NCBI GenBank assembly: GCA_963842525.1
Contig: CAWJGT010000003.1
Coordinates: forward strand, 1,728,001 to 1,792,000
Origin: an uncultured Holophagales bacterium
GTDB taxonomy: Bacteria; Acidobacteriota; Thermoanaerobaculia; Multivoradales; UBA5704
Length of the DNA stretch: 64,000 nucleotides
Reading direction: 5' to 3'
This document shows, one piece after another, positions 11,361-25,151 of the stretch (position 1 is the stretch's first letter; each line of letters begins with the position of its first letter). The notes under the pieces were generated by a model, which had not been told where the DNA came from, searched no databases, and saw only the letters and a list, made by a program, of their open reading frames with translations. Made by a program: the position numbers and the translations under genes.

Positions 11361-12239
11361 ATGCCGACCGACGAGGGAGACAAGAGCGAGCGCGACCTCC
11401 TGGACGAGAGCCTCGGGCTCTTCGTCGAGCTCCGCCCGGGCAAACACCTGGGCGACATCGAGACGCCGGCTTCGGCTGTCGAAGAGGCGGACTATCCCCG
11501 GTTCCGGCGCCTGACCTTCTTCGGGGTGCTCGGCGGGCTCTGTCCGCTCATCCCGGTGCCCATCCTGGACGATTGGGCCCGGGAGAGGATCTACCGGCGG
11601 ATGGTGCACGACCTGGGGGAGAGCCGGGACCTCGCATTCACCGGGAACGAGGTGCGCATCCTGGCCGGCGCCGGCGAAAAGAGGCTGTGGCCCGGCTTCC
11701 TCAAGGCGGGCGCCCGGGTGGCCCGCGACGCGATGGGCAAGATCGTCCGCAAGCTCTTCAAGACCGCCTTCTACGTCCTGCTCGTCCGGGAAGGGGTCCA
11801 CCGCGCTGTCGAGACCTTCATCGAAGGATACCTCCTCCTGTACGCCGCCAGTCTGCCGCAGGGGCTGCGGCCGGCCGGCCGCACCGAGGAACGCGTCCGC
11901 CGGGTGCGGGCCGCGGTGGTCGCCACCATGCAGGAGGCGGACGTGACGCCGATCCGCAATGCCATCGGGCGGGCCTTCCGCCGCAGCTTCAGCCTGCTGG
12001 GCGAGGCCGCGCTCGTCCTCGGCCGTCAGCTCGGCCGGCTCCGCTCGGCCCCGGCGGCGAGCCAGGACCAGGAGATGGCCGGGGCCTCTCTGGAGGATGA
12101 AGAGGAGATCCTCGGCGGCTTCGTCGACCGCCTCGCCGCCTCGCTCTGGGGAAATCACGAGTACTTCGAGGGCCTGGAAAAGGCCTTCGAGGAGCGGCTC
12201 GCCCGCATGGAAAACCGCGTGGAGGAGAGACGCGCCTGA
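11361..12239 (+). CDS. Hypothetical protein
   Basis: Long ORF with host-like codon usage; hydrophobic GLCPLIPVPILDD segment; function not recognised. Confidence 0.6.
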   Translation: MPTDEGDKSERDLLDESLGLFVELRPGKHLGDIETPASAVEEADYPRFRRLTFFGVLGGLCPLIPVPILDDWARERIYRRMVHDLGESRDLAFTGNEVRILAGAGEKRLWPGFLKAGARVARDAMGKIVRKLFKTAFYVLLVREGVHRAVETFIEGYLLLYAASLPQGLRPAGRTEERVRRVRAAVVATMQEADVTPIRNAIGRAFRRSFSLLGEAALVLGRQLGRLRSAPAASQDQEMAGASLEDEEEILGGFVDRLAASLWGNHEYFEGLEKAFEERLARMENRVEERRA

Positions 12240-12630
12240 ACGCATCCAGAGTCACCTGGAATCGATTCAGGGTCACGCGGAATCGATTCAGAAAATTTGG
12301 AACCGATCCAGAAAATTTGGAACGCATCCCGAGTCACCCGGAATCGATCCAGAAAATTTGGAACGCGTCCCGAGTTTTCTGGAATCGATTCAGGGTCACG
12401 TGGAACCGATTCAGAAAATTTGGAATCGATCCAGAAAATTTGGAACGCGTCCCGGGTTTTCTGGAATCGATTCAGCCCAACCACAAAAAAAAAAGAGCGT
12501 CCCGAATTTTGGAATCGATTCAGGGTCACGCGGAACCGATTCAGAAAATTTGGAATCGATCCAGAAAATTTGGAACGCGTCGCGAGTTTCTTGAAATCGA
12601 TACAGCGTCATGCTGAATCGATTCAGAGTC
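12238..12630. repeat. Satellite-like tandem array of 20/21-bp monomers (GGAATCGATTCAGAAAATTT type)
   Basis: GGAA(T/C)CGAT or GGAACGC monomers starting at 12258, 12279, 12299, 12319, 12340, 12360, 12381, 12402 and onward. Confidence 0.9.
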
Positions 12631-12682
12631 GTCTGAAGCCAACACAGGATCACGGGCGCAGGTTCCCGGATAGAATCCGCCC

Positions 12683-13267
12683 ATGCCTCCCCTTCCCGAC
12701 GACCTCCAGCGCATTCTGGACGACCTCGACGTCAATCTGCAACGGGCCGAGGCGGTGGTGCAGGACCTTGACGACGAGCGTCTCAACTGGCGGCCGGCTC
12801 CCACGTCCTGGAGCATCGCGCAGTGCCTGGACCACCTCAATGTGGCGAACCGGACCTATCTGGCGCCCATGCGCGAGGCGATCGAGAAGGCCCGGCGGCA
12901 GGGGAAGAGCCGGCGGGGCTCGATCCGGCAGGGCTTCGTCGAGCGCTGGTTCACCGAGAGCCTCGAGCCGCCGCCGCGCTTCAGGCTCCCGGCGCCGCGG
13001 AAGATCGTCCCCGCCGCCGTCCGCCTCGGCAAGGACGACATCGTGTCCGAATTCCGCCGCCTCCAAGCCGAGGCCGCGGCACTCCTGCGCGACTCGGCCG
13101 GGCTCGACCTCGGCGTCCGCTTCCCGAACCCGTTCATCCCCCTGATCGCCTTCACCGCCGGCACCGGCTTCCTGGTCATCGCCAGCCACGAGCGGCGGCA
13201 CCTCTGGCAGGCCAAGCAGGTGCGGAGGAACCCCGGGTTTCCGGGAGCGAGCGGCGGGCATTCGTGA
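12683..13267 (+). CDS. DinB_2 family protein
   Basis: WSIAQCLDHL and HERRHLWQA metal-binding His pattern. Confidence 0.88.
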   Translation: MPPLPDDLQRILDDLDVNLQRAEAVVQDLDDERLNWRPAPTSWSIAQCLDHLNVANRTYLAPMREAIEKARRQGKSRRGSIRQGFVERWFTESLEPPPRFRLPAPRKIVPAAVRLGKDDIVSEFRRLQAEAAALLRDSAGLDLGVRFPNPFIPLIAFTAGTGFLVIASHERRHLWQAKQVRRNPGFPGASGGHS

Positions 13268-13273
13268 CCTCAC

Positions 13274-13766
13274 GCAGCTCCAGTGTCCCGGTACGTTGCT
13301 TCATTGCCCCGGGGCAACGTGCCAGCGCCCCGGAGCAATGAGCCAGCGCAACTTCCGCGGCCCCAGTGCCCCGGTACGCCGCTCCATTGCCCCGGGGCAA
13401 TGATCCAGCGCCCCGGGACAACGTGCCAGCGCAATTTCCGCAGCTCCAGCGTCCTGGTACAGTGTTCCATTGCCCTGGGGCAGTGTTCCGGCGCCCCGGG
13501 ACAACGTGCCAGCGCAACTTCCGCAGCTCCAGCGTCCCGGTACGCTGCTCCATTGCCCCGGGGCAACGTGCCAGCGTCCCGGGGCAACGTGTCAGTGCAA
13601 CTTCCGCAGCCCCAGCGCCCCGGTACACTGCTCCATTGCCCCGGGGCAATGTTCCAGCGCCCCAGGGCAACGTGCCAGCGCAACTTCCGCAGCCCCAGTG
13701 CCCCGGTACACTGCTCCATTGCCCCGGGGCAACGTGCCAGCGCAACTTCCGCAGCTCCAGCGTCCC
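13274..13766. repeat. Tandem array with an 83-bp higher-order unit (21+21+21+20)
   Basis: GC(A/G)GC(T/C)CCAG unit starts at 13274, 13357, 13440, 13523, 13606, 13689, then 13751 (last spacing 62). Confidence 0.9.
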
Positions 13767-13790
13767 GCCCAGGTGTTTGCCGGCATCGAG

Positions 13791-17385
<3,595 letters not shown>

Positions 17386-17394
17386 CTCCACGAT

Positions 17395-17685
17395 TCAGAC
17401 GAGCAGGGGCTCGTCGAGGTCCGGCACGGCCTTCGTTCCATAGTGTTCGATCTTACCCTTCCAGCTCGATCCGAGATAGTAGACCCGCAGGCTGTCTTCC
17501 TTGTCGTTGATGATCCCCAGCAGGAGCAGCCGGAGCTGCGTCCATTGGGTTGGATCGACGATGCATTCGAAGACCGAGTTCTGGACGCGCTGGCCGAAAT
17601 CCAGGCAGGTCTTGGCGACCCGGCGCAGGCGCTTGCGCCCAGCCGGGGTCTTGGTGGAGACGTCGTAGCTGACGAGGACCATCAT
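17395..17685 (-). CDS. cas2: CRISPR-associated endoribonuclease Cas2
   Basis: [33 protein letters not shown]. Confidence 0.97.
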   Translation of the reverse strand: MMVLVSYDVSTKTPAGRKRLRRVAKTCLDFGQRVQNSVFECIVDPTQWTQLRLLLLGIINDKEDSLRVYYLGSSWKGKIEHYGTKAVPDLDEPLLV

Positions 17686-17712
17686 GAGAGCTGGCGCGAA
17701 GCTGCCGGAGGT

Positions 17713-18744
17713 TCATTTCCAGAAGAACGGCGGATAACCATCGAGATCTCCACGTAGGTGACGGGCAAGGAGGCATGCCTGGAGCCAGGGGATGAGGCCG
17801 ACTGTGGTTTTCTCGCCAAGGAACGGATGGACGATCTCTTCCTGCTTCCTCTTTTGATATGCCACGAGCACGGTCTTGCGGGTGTCCTTGTCCATGACCA
17901 CGCCGCCTGATTCTTCCTGCGAGAAGCCCGCCGCCCGGACCTGTTGCAGGTTGATGAGCGAGAGAGCGAGCCGGTCGGCAAGGAAGGTACGTAGGTCTTC
18001 CATGAGGTCGAGGGCGAGGCTTGCGCGCCCGGGCCGGTCGCGGTGCAGGAATCCGACGGCAGGGTCCAGGCCCACGGACTCCAGGGCTGCCTCGAGATCG
18101 TGGCGGAGAAGGGTATAGAGAAATCCAAGGAGGGAATTGACGTTGTCGAGGGGCGGCCTGCGGCTGCGCTCGCGAAAGAAAAAGCCCTCCTTCTGTTGCG
18201 TGATGAGATGGTCGAAAACCCCGAAGTAGGCACGGGCGGCAGCGCCTTCGATCCCGCGCAGAGCATCCAAGGGGACGCCTTCCTGGAGGCTGGAGAGGTG
18301 CTGGGAGAGAGCCACCGAGGCGGCTCGCAATGCCTCGCTTCCGGCGGATTCGGGCCGGTCCCGCAGAGCGCGCAGGATCACCGTCCGGCTATTGGCGATC
18401 TTCGCGGTAATGACGGTCCGGGCGAAGGCGGCAGAGGCGATGTCGTCGTCTGCCCGGCGGTACTGTTCGCGTCGCAGCAGGACGTTGCCCGAGACCGGGC
18501 CTTCGACCCGTGCCAGGAAACGGCCGTTCTCTGTGAGGAAGGAGACTGCGACGCCGCGTTCACCGCAGAAGCCCAGGAGGAATGGGCTGGCGCTGACCTG
18601 GCCGAAGCAGACGATGCTCCCGAGGGTATGGATGGGGACATGGAGCCGCGTTTCTTTTTCGATCCGCACGGCGACGGCCTCGCCGTCCTTGGCGAGGTAG
18701 GCGCCCTGGGTGGTGACATATAAAGTGTTCTGATGGCGTCTCAT
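17713..18744 (-). CDS. cas1: Type I-C Cas1
   Basis: NTLYVTTQG, GNVLLRREQY, LRGIEG, RRPPLDNVN, SLALDLMED, YPPFFWK. Confidence 0.97.
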   Translation of the reverse strand: MRRHQNTLYVTTQGAYLAKDGEAVAVRIEKETRLHVPIHTLGSIVCFGQVSASPFLLGFCGERGVAVSFLTENGRFLARVEGPVSGNVLLRREQYRRADDDIASAAFARTVITAKIANSRTVILRALRDRPESAGSEALRAASVALSQHLSSLQEGVPLDALRGIEGAAARAYFGVFDHLITQQKEGFFFRERSRRPPLDNVNSLLGFLYTLLRHDLEAALESVGLDPAVGFLHRDRPGRASLALDLMEDLRTFLADRLALSLINLQQVRAAGFSQEESGGVVMDKDTRKTVLVAYQKRKQEEIVHPFLGEKTTVGLIPWLQACLLARHLRGDLDGYPPFFWK

Positions 18745-19427
18745 GACGTTCCGTCTGCCTCCGATTGGAGAGCCATCTGCAGGGCTCGATCGAAATAGCG
18801 CAGCGCCGAGCCCTTGGGAGCGCCCGGCATGCAGACTTCGAGAAGGGAGCAGCGGTCGCACTTGGGCTCGCGAACGGGCTTGGGAGTCATGCCGGAGGCG
18901 ATCATTTGATGCAGGCGCACCGCCGTCTCTTCGGTCAGGCGCCGCAGCTCGGCGTCAAAGGTGATGTCTGTCCGGTGGCGGGTCTGTCCGTAGAAGAGGG
19001 CACCTGCCGGCACAGCGCTGCCGAGCATCTCCTCCAGGCAGAGACCCTGGGCACAGAGCTGGACTTCGTCGGCGCGGTGGCTCTTGGGCTTGCCCCGTTT
19101 GTATTCCACGGGAAAAGGTTGCCACGAGCCGGCCACGCCCGGCAGGGAAGCTCCCGGCGCGCCATCCGGCACGCGATGGAATTCGACCACGTCCGCCCGG
19201 CCGGAAAGCCCGAGGCGCAAACTGCGCAGTGGCAACCCGCGGGCGATCCGCAAATCACCGCGGGACTCCCTGAATCCGCTGTCCGCCTGCTCATGAAGAT
19301 GCCGGCCTTCGACCGTCAAAGGGTTTTCCACCCAGATCTGCTCCAGATGGATCAGCGCACACTGCCGTTCACAGAACAGCAGGTGTTGCAGCGCGGAGAC
19401 CGGGAGGAGGTCGTCTTCGGGGAACAT
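18741..19427 (-). CDS. cas4: Cas4 exonuclease
   Basis: FCERQ, G.ADVVE, PVEYKRG, VQLCAQ..CLEEM, C-terminal CDRCSLLEVC Fe-S cysteines. Confidence 0.97.
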   Translation of the reverse strand: MFPEDDLLPVSALQHLLFCERQCALIHLEQIWVENPLTVEGRHLHEQADSGFRESRGDLRIARGLPLRSLRLGLSGRADVVEFHRVPDGAPGASLPGVAGSWQPFPVEYKRGKPKSHRADEVQLCAQGLCLEEMLGSAVPAGALFYGQTRHRTDITFDAELRRLTEETAVRLHQMIASGMTPKPVREPKCDRCSLLEVCMPGAPKGSALRYFDRALQMALQSEADGTS

Positions 19428-19437
19428 GGGGTTATCC

Positions 19438-20361
19438 CTACAACTTTTCGTGCAGGGTCACTCCTGGCGGCAGTCCTTCCCGGTTGATCTGCACGTCGTA
19501 ATCGTCATAGACCCGTGCGGGCCTGGAGGAATCCTTCCTCGTGGCCGTGATGCGAGAGAAGAGTGCGTGGGCTGGCGCATTGCCCAGGAGGCTCTGGTGC
19601 TCGAACACGATCAGTTTGCGGGTTGCCATCTCGCCGCGGGTGGCGGAACGGTCGTGCTCGAACATGTTGAGGAGGGCCTGCCAGACGAGCTCGAGGTCTT
19701 CTTCCGTGAAGCCTGTATCGGCGGCGAGATGGGGTGATACGAATCCGTGGCCGCGGTAGAGCGCATAGGGTACGATCTCCTTCCGGCCCATGGTGCCGAC
19801 AACCTGGCCACTCTTTTCGATCTGGCTGTCCGCCTCACGCTGGGTTGCGACAGCCTTGCGAGTGATCGACTGCTCGAGAGTGGCGATGGGATCGACCGAG
19901 CGTGAAAAGGTGACCTGGACCGGCCCGCGGACCTGGCCGCAGTTGATGTCGAGAGTGAGAACTGCGCCGAAGGTGCGGATGTCAAAGTAGGTCTGGCACA
20001 TCCAGGCGCGGGCCTTCTCGACGTTGGACTGCCGCGTTTCCTTGGATTTTTCGTCGACGACGAGACCTTGGACCTCATAGGCCTGACGGTGGAGCTGTTC
20101 CAGGACGCCGTGCTGCTTGACGTAGATGTCGTAGCCAGGTGCTGGAGCACTGCCCTGGAGATCGGATTTCGCCAAGGTGATGAAGTTGCGGATCTTGCGC
20201 TTCAAGGAAACGTCGCTGATCAGCCCATGGCCGGTTTCTGGGTCGACGCGAGGCGCGTTGCCGGCATCGGGGTCGCCGTTGGGGTTGCCATTGGTCACGT
20301 CGAAGAGCAGGACGAAATCGTAACGATGGGCAATGGTAGGGATGGCGGTCGCGGTCGTCAT
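19438..20361 (-). CDS. cas7: Type I-C Cas7 (Csd2)
   Basis: NGNPNGDPDAGNAPR, DVSLKRKIRN, FDIRTFGAV, GQVRGPVQ, MFEHDRSATRG. Confidence 0.97.
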   Translation of the reverse strand: MTTATAIPTIAHRYDFVLLFDVTNGNPNGDPDAGNAPRVDPETGHGLISDVSLKRKIRNFITLAKSDLQGSAPAPGYDIYVKQHGVLEQLHRQAYEVQGLVVDEKSKETRQSNVEKARAWMCQTYFDIRTFGAVLTLDINCGQVRGPVQVTFSRSVDPIATLEQSITRKAVATQREADSQIEKSGQVVGTMGRKEIVPYALYRGHGFVSPHLAADTGFTEEDLELVWQALLNMFEHDRSATRGEMATRKLIVFEHQSLLGNAPAHALFSRITATRKDSSRPARVYDDYDVQINREGLPPGVTLHEKL

Positions 20362-20762
20362 TGCGCGTTCTCCTGTTCGGCGCTCTGGGCGCGCCGAGCG
20401 CGTTCTTCATGGGGCAAAAAGAGCTCGTGACGCTGATGGTGGTACCCGAGCACAAAAAGGCCCTGCTGTTCGAGCGGCAGGAACGGTGGGAACGAGGTGA
20501 TCGCTTCCAGAATGGAATCGGCATCTCGTTCGAGGTCATGGGCACGCCGTGGCCTCTCGCCGTCCTTGGCCTTGCGGGCATGATGGCGAAAATTCTTGAG
20601 AAGCCTGGGGAAGACTGCCGCAGGAGTGGCGGACGCCGAGCTGAAAAAGCGATCCACGACGTTCGCATTGATGTCTTTGCCCAGGGCTTCTTCCTGCATG
20701 CGTTCGAGGACGGCCATGAGCCGGCCGAGGCGATAGCCGGTTTCGGTGTTGTTCGGATCCAT
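20358..20762 (-). CDS. cas11: Cas11c small subunit from an internal in-frame start in cas8c
   Basis: GGAGGT SD-like sequence 10 nt before an in-frame ATG (MDPNNTETGYRLGRL); internal Cas11 translation is established for type I-C. Confidence 0.7.
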   Translation of the reverse strand: MDPNNTETGYRLGRLMAVLERMQEEALGKDINANVVDRFFSSASATPAAVFPRLLKNFRHHARKAKDGERPRRAHDLERDADSILEAITSFPPFLPLEQQGLFVLGYHHQRHELFLPHEERARRAQSAEQENAQ

Positions 20763-22214
20763 GGCTTCGGTGACCTCCGGGTAAAGGGCTGCGGCCTGGC
20801 GGCTGCGGCGGCGGTTGAGGACGGCCTTGATCAAGGCGGCGCGAGCGTCGTTGCGTTCCCGGTCGCTCCACTCGGTGCGGCCGATCTCAGCGCGGGAACG
20901 CTCGAGGGCACGCTGAAGAACGGCGAAAGGATATGGCGTGCCGCCGAGCGCGGCAGCCACCACCTGCCCGGCCAGGGCGGCAGGCACTCCTTTATCGTCT
21001 CCCCTCGGTGCGAGAGAGCGCATCAGGACCCGGAAAGGAAGGGCCGGAGGAGGCTCCTTTCCTTTTACAGCCGGTGTGTTGCGGACGATGGCGAGGTCTT
21101 TGAAGTGCTTTGCGAGATGGTTTGCCACCCGTTGAACCGTCGACTCGAACCAATCGCGAAGGATGGCGCGGCCTTGAGAGCCAGAAAGGGTAAGAGCATA
21201 GAAAAGCGATGCGTCTTCAATTTCGAAAGGCTTGCCTCGCCACAGGGAACGATAGAGCTCACGCACCTGCTCAGGATTGGCTTCCAGAAGGCCGGCGAGC
21301 TGCGAGGCCAGGCCGTCGCCGGCGGGATTGGAAGCCCAGAAACAGACGGCGGTGTCCGCGCTCAAGCGCAGGAAACGCTGCGGTAAAGTCTGGCCCGGCT
21401 GGCGGGGATCCGGGAATGCGGGATGCAGCAGGCGGTTCAAGGCGGTCGAGCAGGCCTCGGCCGCCTCCCGTGAGATCGGCGCATTCTCGTTTCCGGACCA
21501 GCCGTAGGACTCGAAGGCGCTGCTGTTGAAGGAGACCAGGGCCACTCCGCTGGTGCTTCCTCCAGGCACGTTCTTGACACCTGGAAGCTTGTCGACCGGC
21601 AGGGCCGGACGCCCTGAAACGAGGCAGATCTGCCGTTCGCCTTCAGCCTCTTCCGCCGCCGCGCGCTGGCGGCGCCAGTATTCCCGGACTCTCGGGCGGG
21701 ACGTCACCAGGCAGTCGAGATCCTTGTGGTAGACAAATCCGAAAAGATCGTTGCTCACACAACCCTGCGGCAGGGCAACGACGATCTCTCCTTGCTGGAG
21801 CCTGGCCAGAAGGGCACAGACAGCGCCGGTGCCTTCGTCGCCGGTCGCGGCGAAACAGTCCTCGGCGCGGTCACGGAAGAGGGCGAGACGGGAGGCCAGC
21901 TTCTCGGCTGGCCGCTGCTTGGCGGGATCGGGTTCCGGATCGATGCCGAGGGCGTATTCGGCTTTGTCGTAAAGAAAGAAGGCACGGTCGCCACTCGTGC
22001 GCCCCGGCTCGCGGGGGACTGCGAAGCTCTTCGGACGGGGCTTCGGCTTCTTTTTCTTTTCCTCGGAGGTATCAATCGTGTGAGTGCCTTGGATGCCGAG
22101 CAGCGCACCACCGTCCCCTACGGTGATCAGCCAGGCCAGCGGCTTCCACTCATAGTCGGGATCTTCGACGAGGTGCTCGGTTTGAGCGAGTTCGTAGAGC
22201 GCCTGGAGGATCAA
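20358..22214 (-). CDS. cas8c: Type I-C Cas8c (Csd1), TTG start overlapping the cas5 stop
   Basis: LILQAL.EL, LYDKAEY.LG, CLVSG, LVSFN.SAFESYG, GYRLGRL.AVLE, EQQGLFVLGYHHQ. Confidence 0.95.
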   Translation of the reverse strand: MILQALYELAQTEHLVEDPDYEWKPLAWLITVGDGGALLGIQGTHTIDTSEEKKKKPKPRPKSFAVPREPGRTSGDRAFFLYDKAEYALGIDPEPDPAKQRPAEKLASRLALFRDRAEDCFAATGDEGTGAVCALLARLQQGEIVVALPQGCVSNDLFGFVYHKDLDCLVTSRPRVREYWRRQRAAAEEAEGERQICLVSGRPALPVDKLPGVKNVPGGSTSGVALVSFNSSAFESYGWSGNENAPISREAAEACSTALNRLLHPAFPDPRQPGQTLPQRFLRLSADTAVCFWASNPAGDGLASQLAGLLEANPEQVRELYRSLWRGKPFEIEDASLFYALTLSGSQGRAILRDWFESTVQRVANHLAKHFKDLAIVRNTPAVKGKEPPPALPFRVLMRSLAPRGDDKGVPAALAGQVVAAALGGTPYPFAVLQRALERSRAEIGRTEWSDRERNDARAALIKAVLNRRRSRQAAALYPEVTEAMDPNNTETGYRLGRLMAVLERMQEEALGKDINANVVDRFFSSASATPAAVFPRLLKNFRHHARKAKDGERPRRAHDLERDADSILEAITSFPPFLPLEQQGLFVLGYHHQRHELFLPHEERARRAQSAEQENAQ

Positions 22215-22891
22215 GGGGCACCTCCGGCTGCGGCAGACTCCGTCTCGGGATGTTCCGGGATGTGAAGAGCGCCCCGCTCGAGCCGCGCGTTGAAAAAGAG
22301 AGGCCGATTGCGGCCGGAGTTGTACTCGATGTCCCACAACATCCACCCGAGATCGCGGCTGTCGTCGAAGGGCTGTGGAGCGTCGGCGGCCGGCAGGATG
22401 TCGGCAACGAATTCGCGGCAGCCGAAATAGGGCTGATGGAAGCTCTGTCCTTTCTCGACCCGGCGTGTGAAGATCTCCACGAACTTCGTCAGGTTGTCGA
22501 GAGGGCCGGCCCGGTCGGTCATCTCGCAACAGGCCTCCACTATATAGTCCACGTCCCGCAGAGCGAGGGTGTTGCGCTGGGCGCGGTCGCCGTCGGCGAA
22601 AAAGGGGACGACGATGCCACCGTCGCGGACGACGGCGGCTGCGGGTGCTACGGCTTTCGAGCTCACCTCATTGCGGCGAAAAGCGATGAAGCGGATCTCG
22701 CTGAGGACGAGGATACGTTCGACCCGCCAGCGGATCGCAGGTTTCCAAAGAACGGCCTCGAGAAGGCCGCGGGCGGCGGAAGGAGTCATCACCGGGTAGG
22801 AGACGCGCTCGACCTTGAGCTCCGGCCGGGTGAAACAGGCCAGCGGGCCGCGGGCGCGCAGGCGGAGAGTCGGGCTTCGAGATGCAGTCAT
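22211..22891 (-). CDS. cas5: Type I-C Cas5 (Cas5d, crRNA-processing)
   Basis: ACFTRPELKVERVSYPVMTPSAARG, PYFGCREF; AGGAGG SD upstream. Confidence 0.96.
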   Translation of the reverse strand: MTASRSPTLRLRARGPLACFTRPELKVERVSYPVMTPSAARGLLEAVLWKPAIRWRVERILVLSEIRFIAFRRNEVSSKAVAPAAAVVRDGGIVVPFFADGDRAQRNTLALRDVDYIVEACCEMTDRAGPLDNLTKFVEIFTRRVEKGQSFHQPYFGCREFVADILPAADAPQPFDDSRDLGWMLWDIEYNSGRNRPLFFNARLERGALHIPEHPETESAAAGGAP

Positions 22892-22922
22892 CACGTCCTC
22901 CTGGGACATTGAAGGAGACCGC

Positions 22923-25128
22923 TCAGACGACCAGGCGCGCAGGATCAGGCTGCGGGTCATCGTCGGCCACCAGACCGAAGTCGAGGTCGTACAGACCATG
23001 GAAAGCCGCAGAGAGGACCAGGACACCGTCGGCGACCTCTTCGAGCGCGTCTGCCTCTTTCAGGTTTGACACGTCCTTCGGGAAAATGTTGACCACAAAC
23101 GGCTGCAAAGCGCGCAGCCGCAGACGGTCGGGTCCGAGGCGGCGGAGAGACGCCAACCGCTCCTCGGCCTCGCCATAGGGAACGACGACCGGCACCGAGG
23201 CGTCCTCGATGAGACGCAGCTTGCGGGCGACAGAGGCGAAGCTCAGGCCCTGGCGAAGGGGCTGGATCCCCTTGGGGTCGAGATCGCAAAGGAGATAGAG
23301 ACGCCGGAAAAAAGCCTCATAAGTGCCGAGATCGTCGAGATCGATGTCACCCTCCAGGAGCATCGACTCGACGACCGCGAGGCCCTTTTCCGGGATCCCA
23401 GGAGGTGGCGGCGTCTCCGCCCGGAAGAAGACGACCTTTCCCACAGCCAACCGGCCTTCGCGATTGCACCGGCCGGCTGCCTGAACCAGGCTGTCGATAC
23501 CCCCCAGGCAGCGATAGACCACGGGAAAATCGACGTCGACACCGGCCTCGATGAGCTGCGTCGAGACCAGCCGGCACGGGAAGCTCCGCATGGAGACGCG
23601 CCCTGATGTTGGCCAGCTTCGCCGAACGATGGGCCGGACACATGAGAGCCGACAAGTGAAACCGGTCTTCCGCAGGCAGAGCCTGGGCCAGCGCGCGCGC
23701 GTCACGGCGCCGGTGGACGATCGCCAGGACACGCTCGTGGCGACCGAGCTCCTCCGCCAACCTGGCATACGGAAGGACGGCTGGAGCAGCGTCCGGCCAC
23801 GTGAAGTGGACCCGCTTGAGATCCTGGACCAGCGATTTAGGATCGGGGGCGATCTCATGGACTGCTTCGAGCCCTTGGGGAAGGCTCTCCCTCCTGGTGA
23901 GCGCCGGTTGGGTCGCCGTCGTGAGCACGACCGTACAACCATAGTAATCGACCAGCTCTTTGAGGATCTCGAGAACCACGAGGAGGTAGTCCTCGGGCAA
24001 GGTCTGAGCCTCGTCGAGAAGGATGACGCTACGCGTGATGTTGTGCAGCTTGCGACAGCGCGACGGCGAGGCCGCAAACAGGGATTCGAAGAGCTGGACG
24101 TTGGTAGTGACGATGACCGGTGCGTCCCAGTTTTCCGCGGCCAACCGGCGGCGGATCTCGGCCTCGCGGTTCCGCTCCTCGGCGGCGAGCGGATCGAGCC
24201 CCGAATGGTGCTCGATCACGTTGGCCTCGCCCAGAGCGCGGCGGTAGACGGCTGCATTCTGCTCGATGATGCTGGTGAACGGGATGGCGACGATCACCCG
24301 CCGGAGCCCGTGCCGCTCGGCGTGACGCAGGGCGAAGGACATGGCCGCGAGGGTCTTGCCGCCGCCGGTAGGCACGGTGAGGCTGAGCACACCCGGCGAG
24401 AGCTCGGCCTTCTCGCGACAGGCCGCAAGCACCTCGGCACGGCGAACGTTGATGGGCGAAGACCGCAGCTCCTCGGGCACGCCTGCCGCAAGGCTGTCCA
24501 CATGATCGTCCAGGCGTAGCCGCAGCGTTGGGAGATCAGCCCATCCGGCGACGGCGGCCTGGCGCAAACCTGGCGAGTAGAAGTCCTCCGTCGCCAGGTA
24601 GTCTGCGTCGACCAGGCTGGAGAAGAGGAAGCGGATCCAGACCTCGAAGCTCCCCAGGCCGGCTCGCTGAAGGCGCTCCGGGAGACGGGGGAGGCTCGGA
24701 GAGGTGAGCTGCTCGGGAAGCGCGGGGCGAAGAGAATCAAGGATCGGACGGTTGACCTTGAGCCGTTCCTGGAGAGGAGAAGGGCCGCCCTCTTCGGAGG
24801 CCGTCAGGTTTGCCAGTCCGGCATGGTGGCCGGCGATGGCAAAGGCGAGCGGAAGACCGGCGATCCTGTCCTTGGCGTAAGCCAGTGCCGCTCCGGCACC
24901 GGAGTGCTCCACGGATTCACCGCTTCCACGCAAGCGACGCTGGAATTCGGGCAGGTACTTCCCCAGGTCATGCCACAGCCCAGCAAGCCGGCCCCACTCA
25001 GCGGCCTCGAAGGCGGCAGCGAAGTCTTCCGCGAGGCGGGAGACCTTCAGCAGATGGGCCTCGAGCTCTTCCCATTCCGAATCGGGGCGGCCTGCAAGGG
25101 TGTGGGCGAAGAGCTTGGAGTTGCTCAT
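22923..25128 (-). CDS. cas3: Cas3 HD nuclease-helicase; +1 frameshift near 23582
   Basis: HDLGK, GHH, LVDAD, VPTGGGKT and DEAQ in one frame; VSTQLIEAGVDVDFP and QAAGRCNR in the shifted frame. Confidence 0.93.
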
Positions 25129-25151
25129 GGCACCGGTCCAGCCGGTTGTGC

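Noticed and set aside
12238-13766. Satellites as degenerate CRISPR arrays or coding repeats
   Set aside because: No unique spacers; the 20-nt monomers break the frame, so no consistent ORF
17395-25128. Absence of cas6
   Set aside because: Normal for type I-C, where Cas5d processes the pre-crRNA
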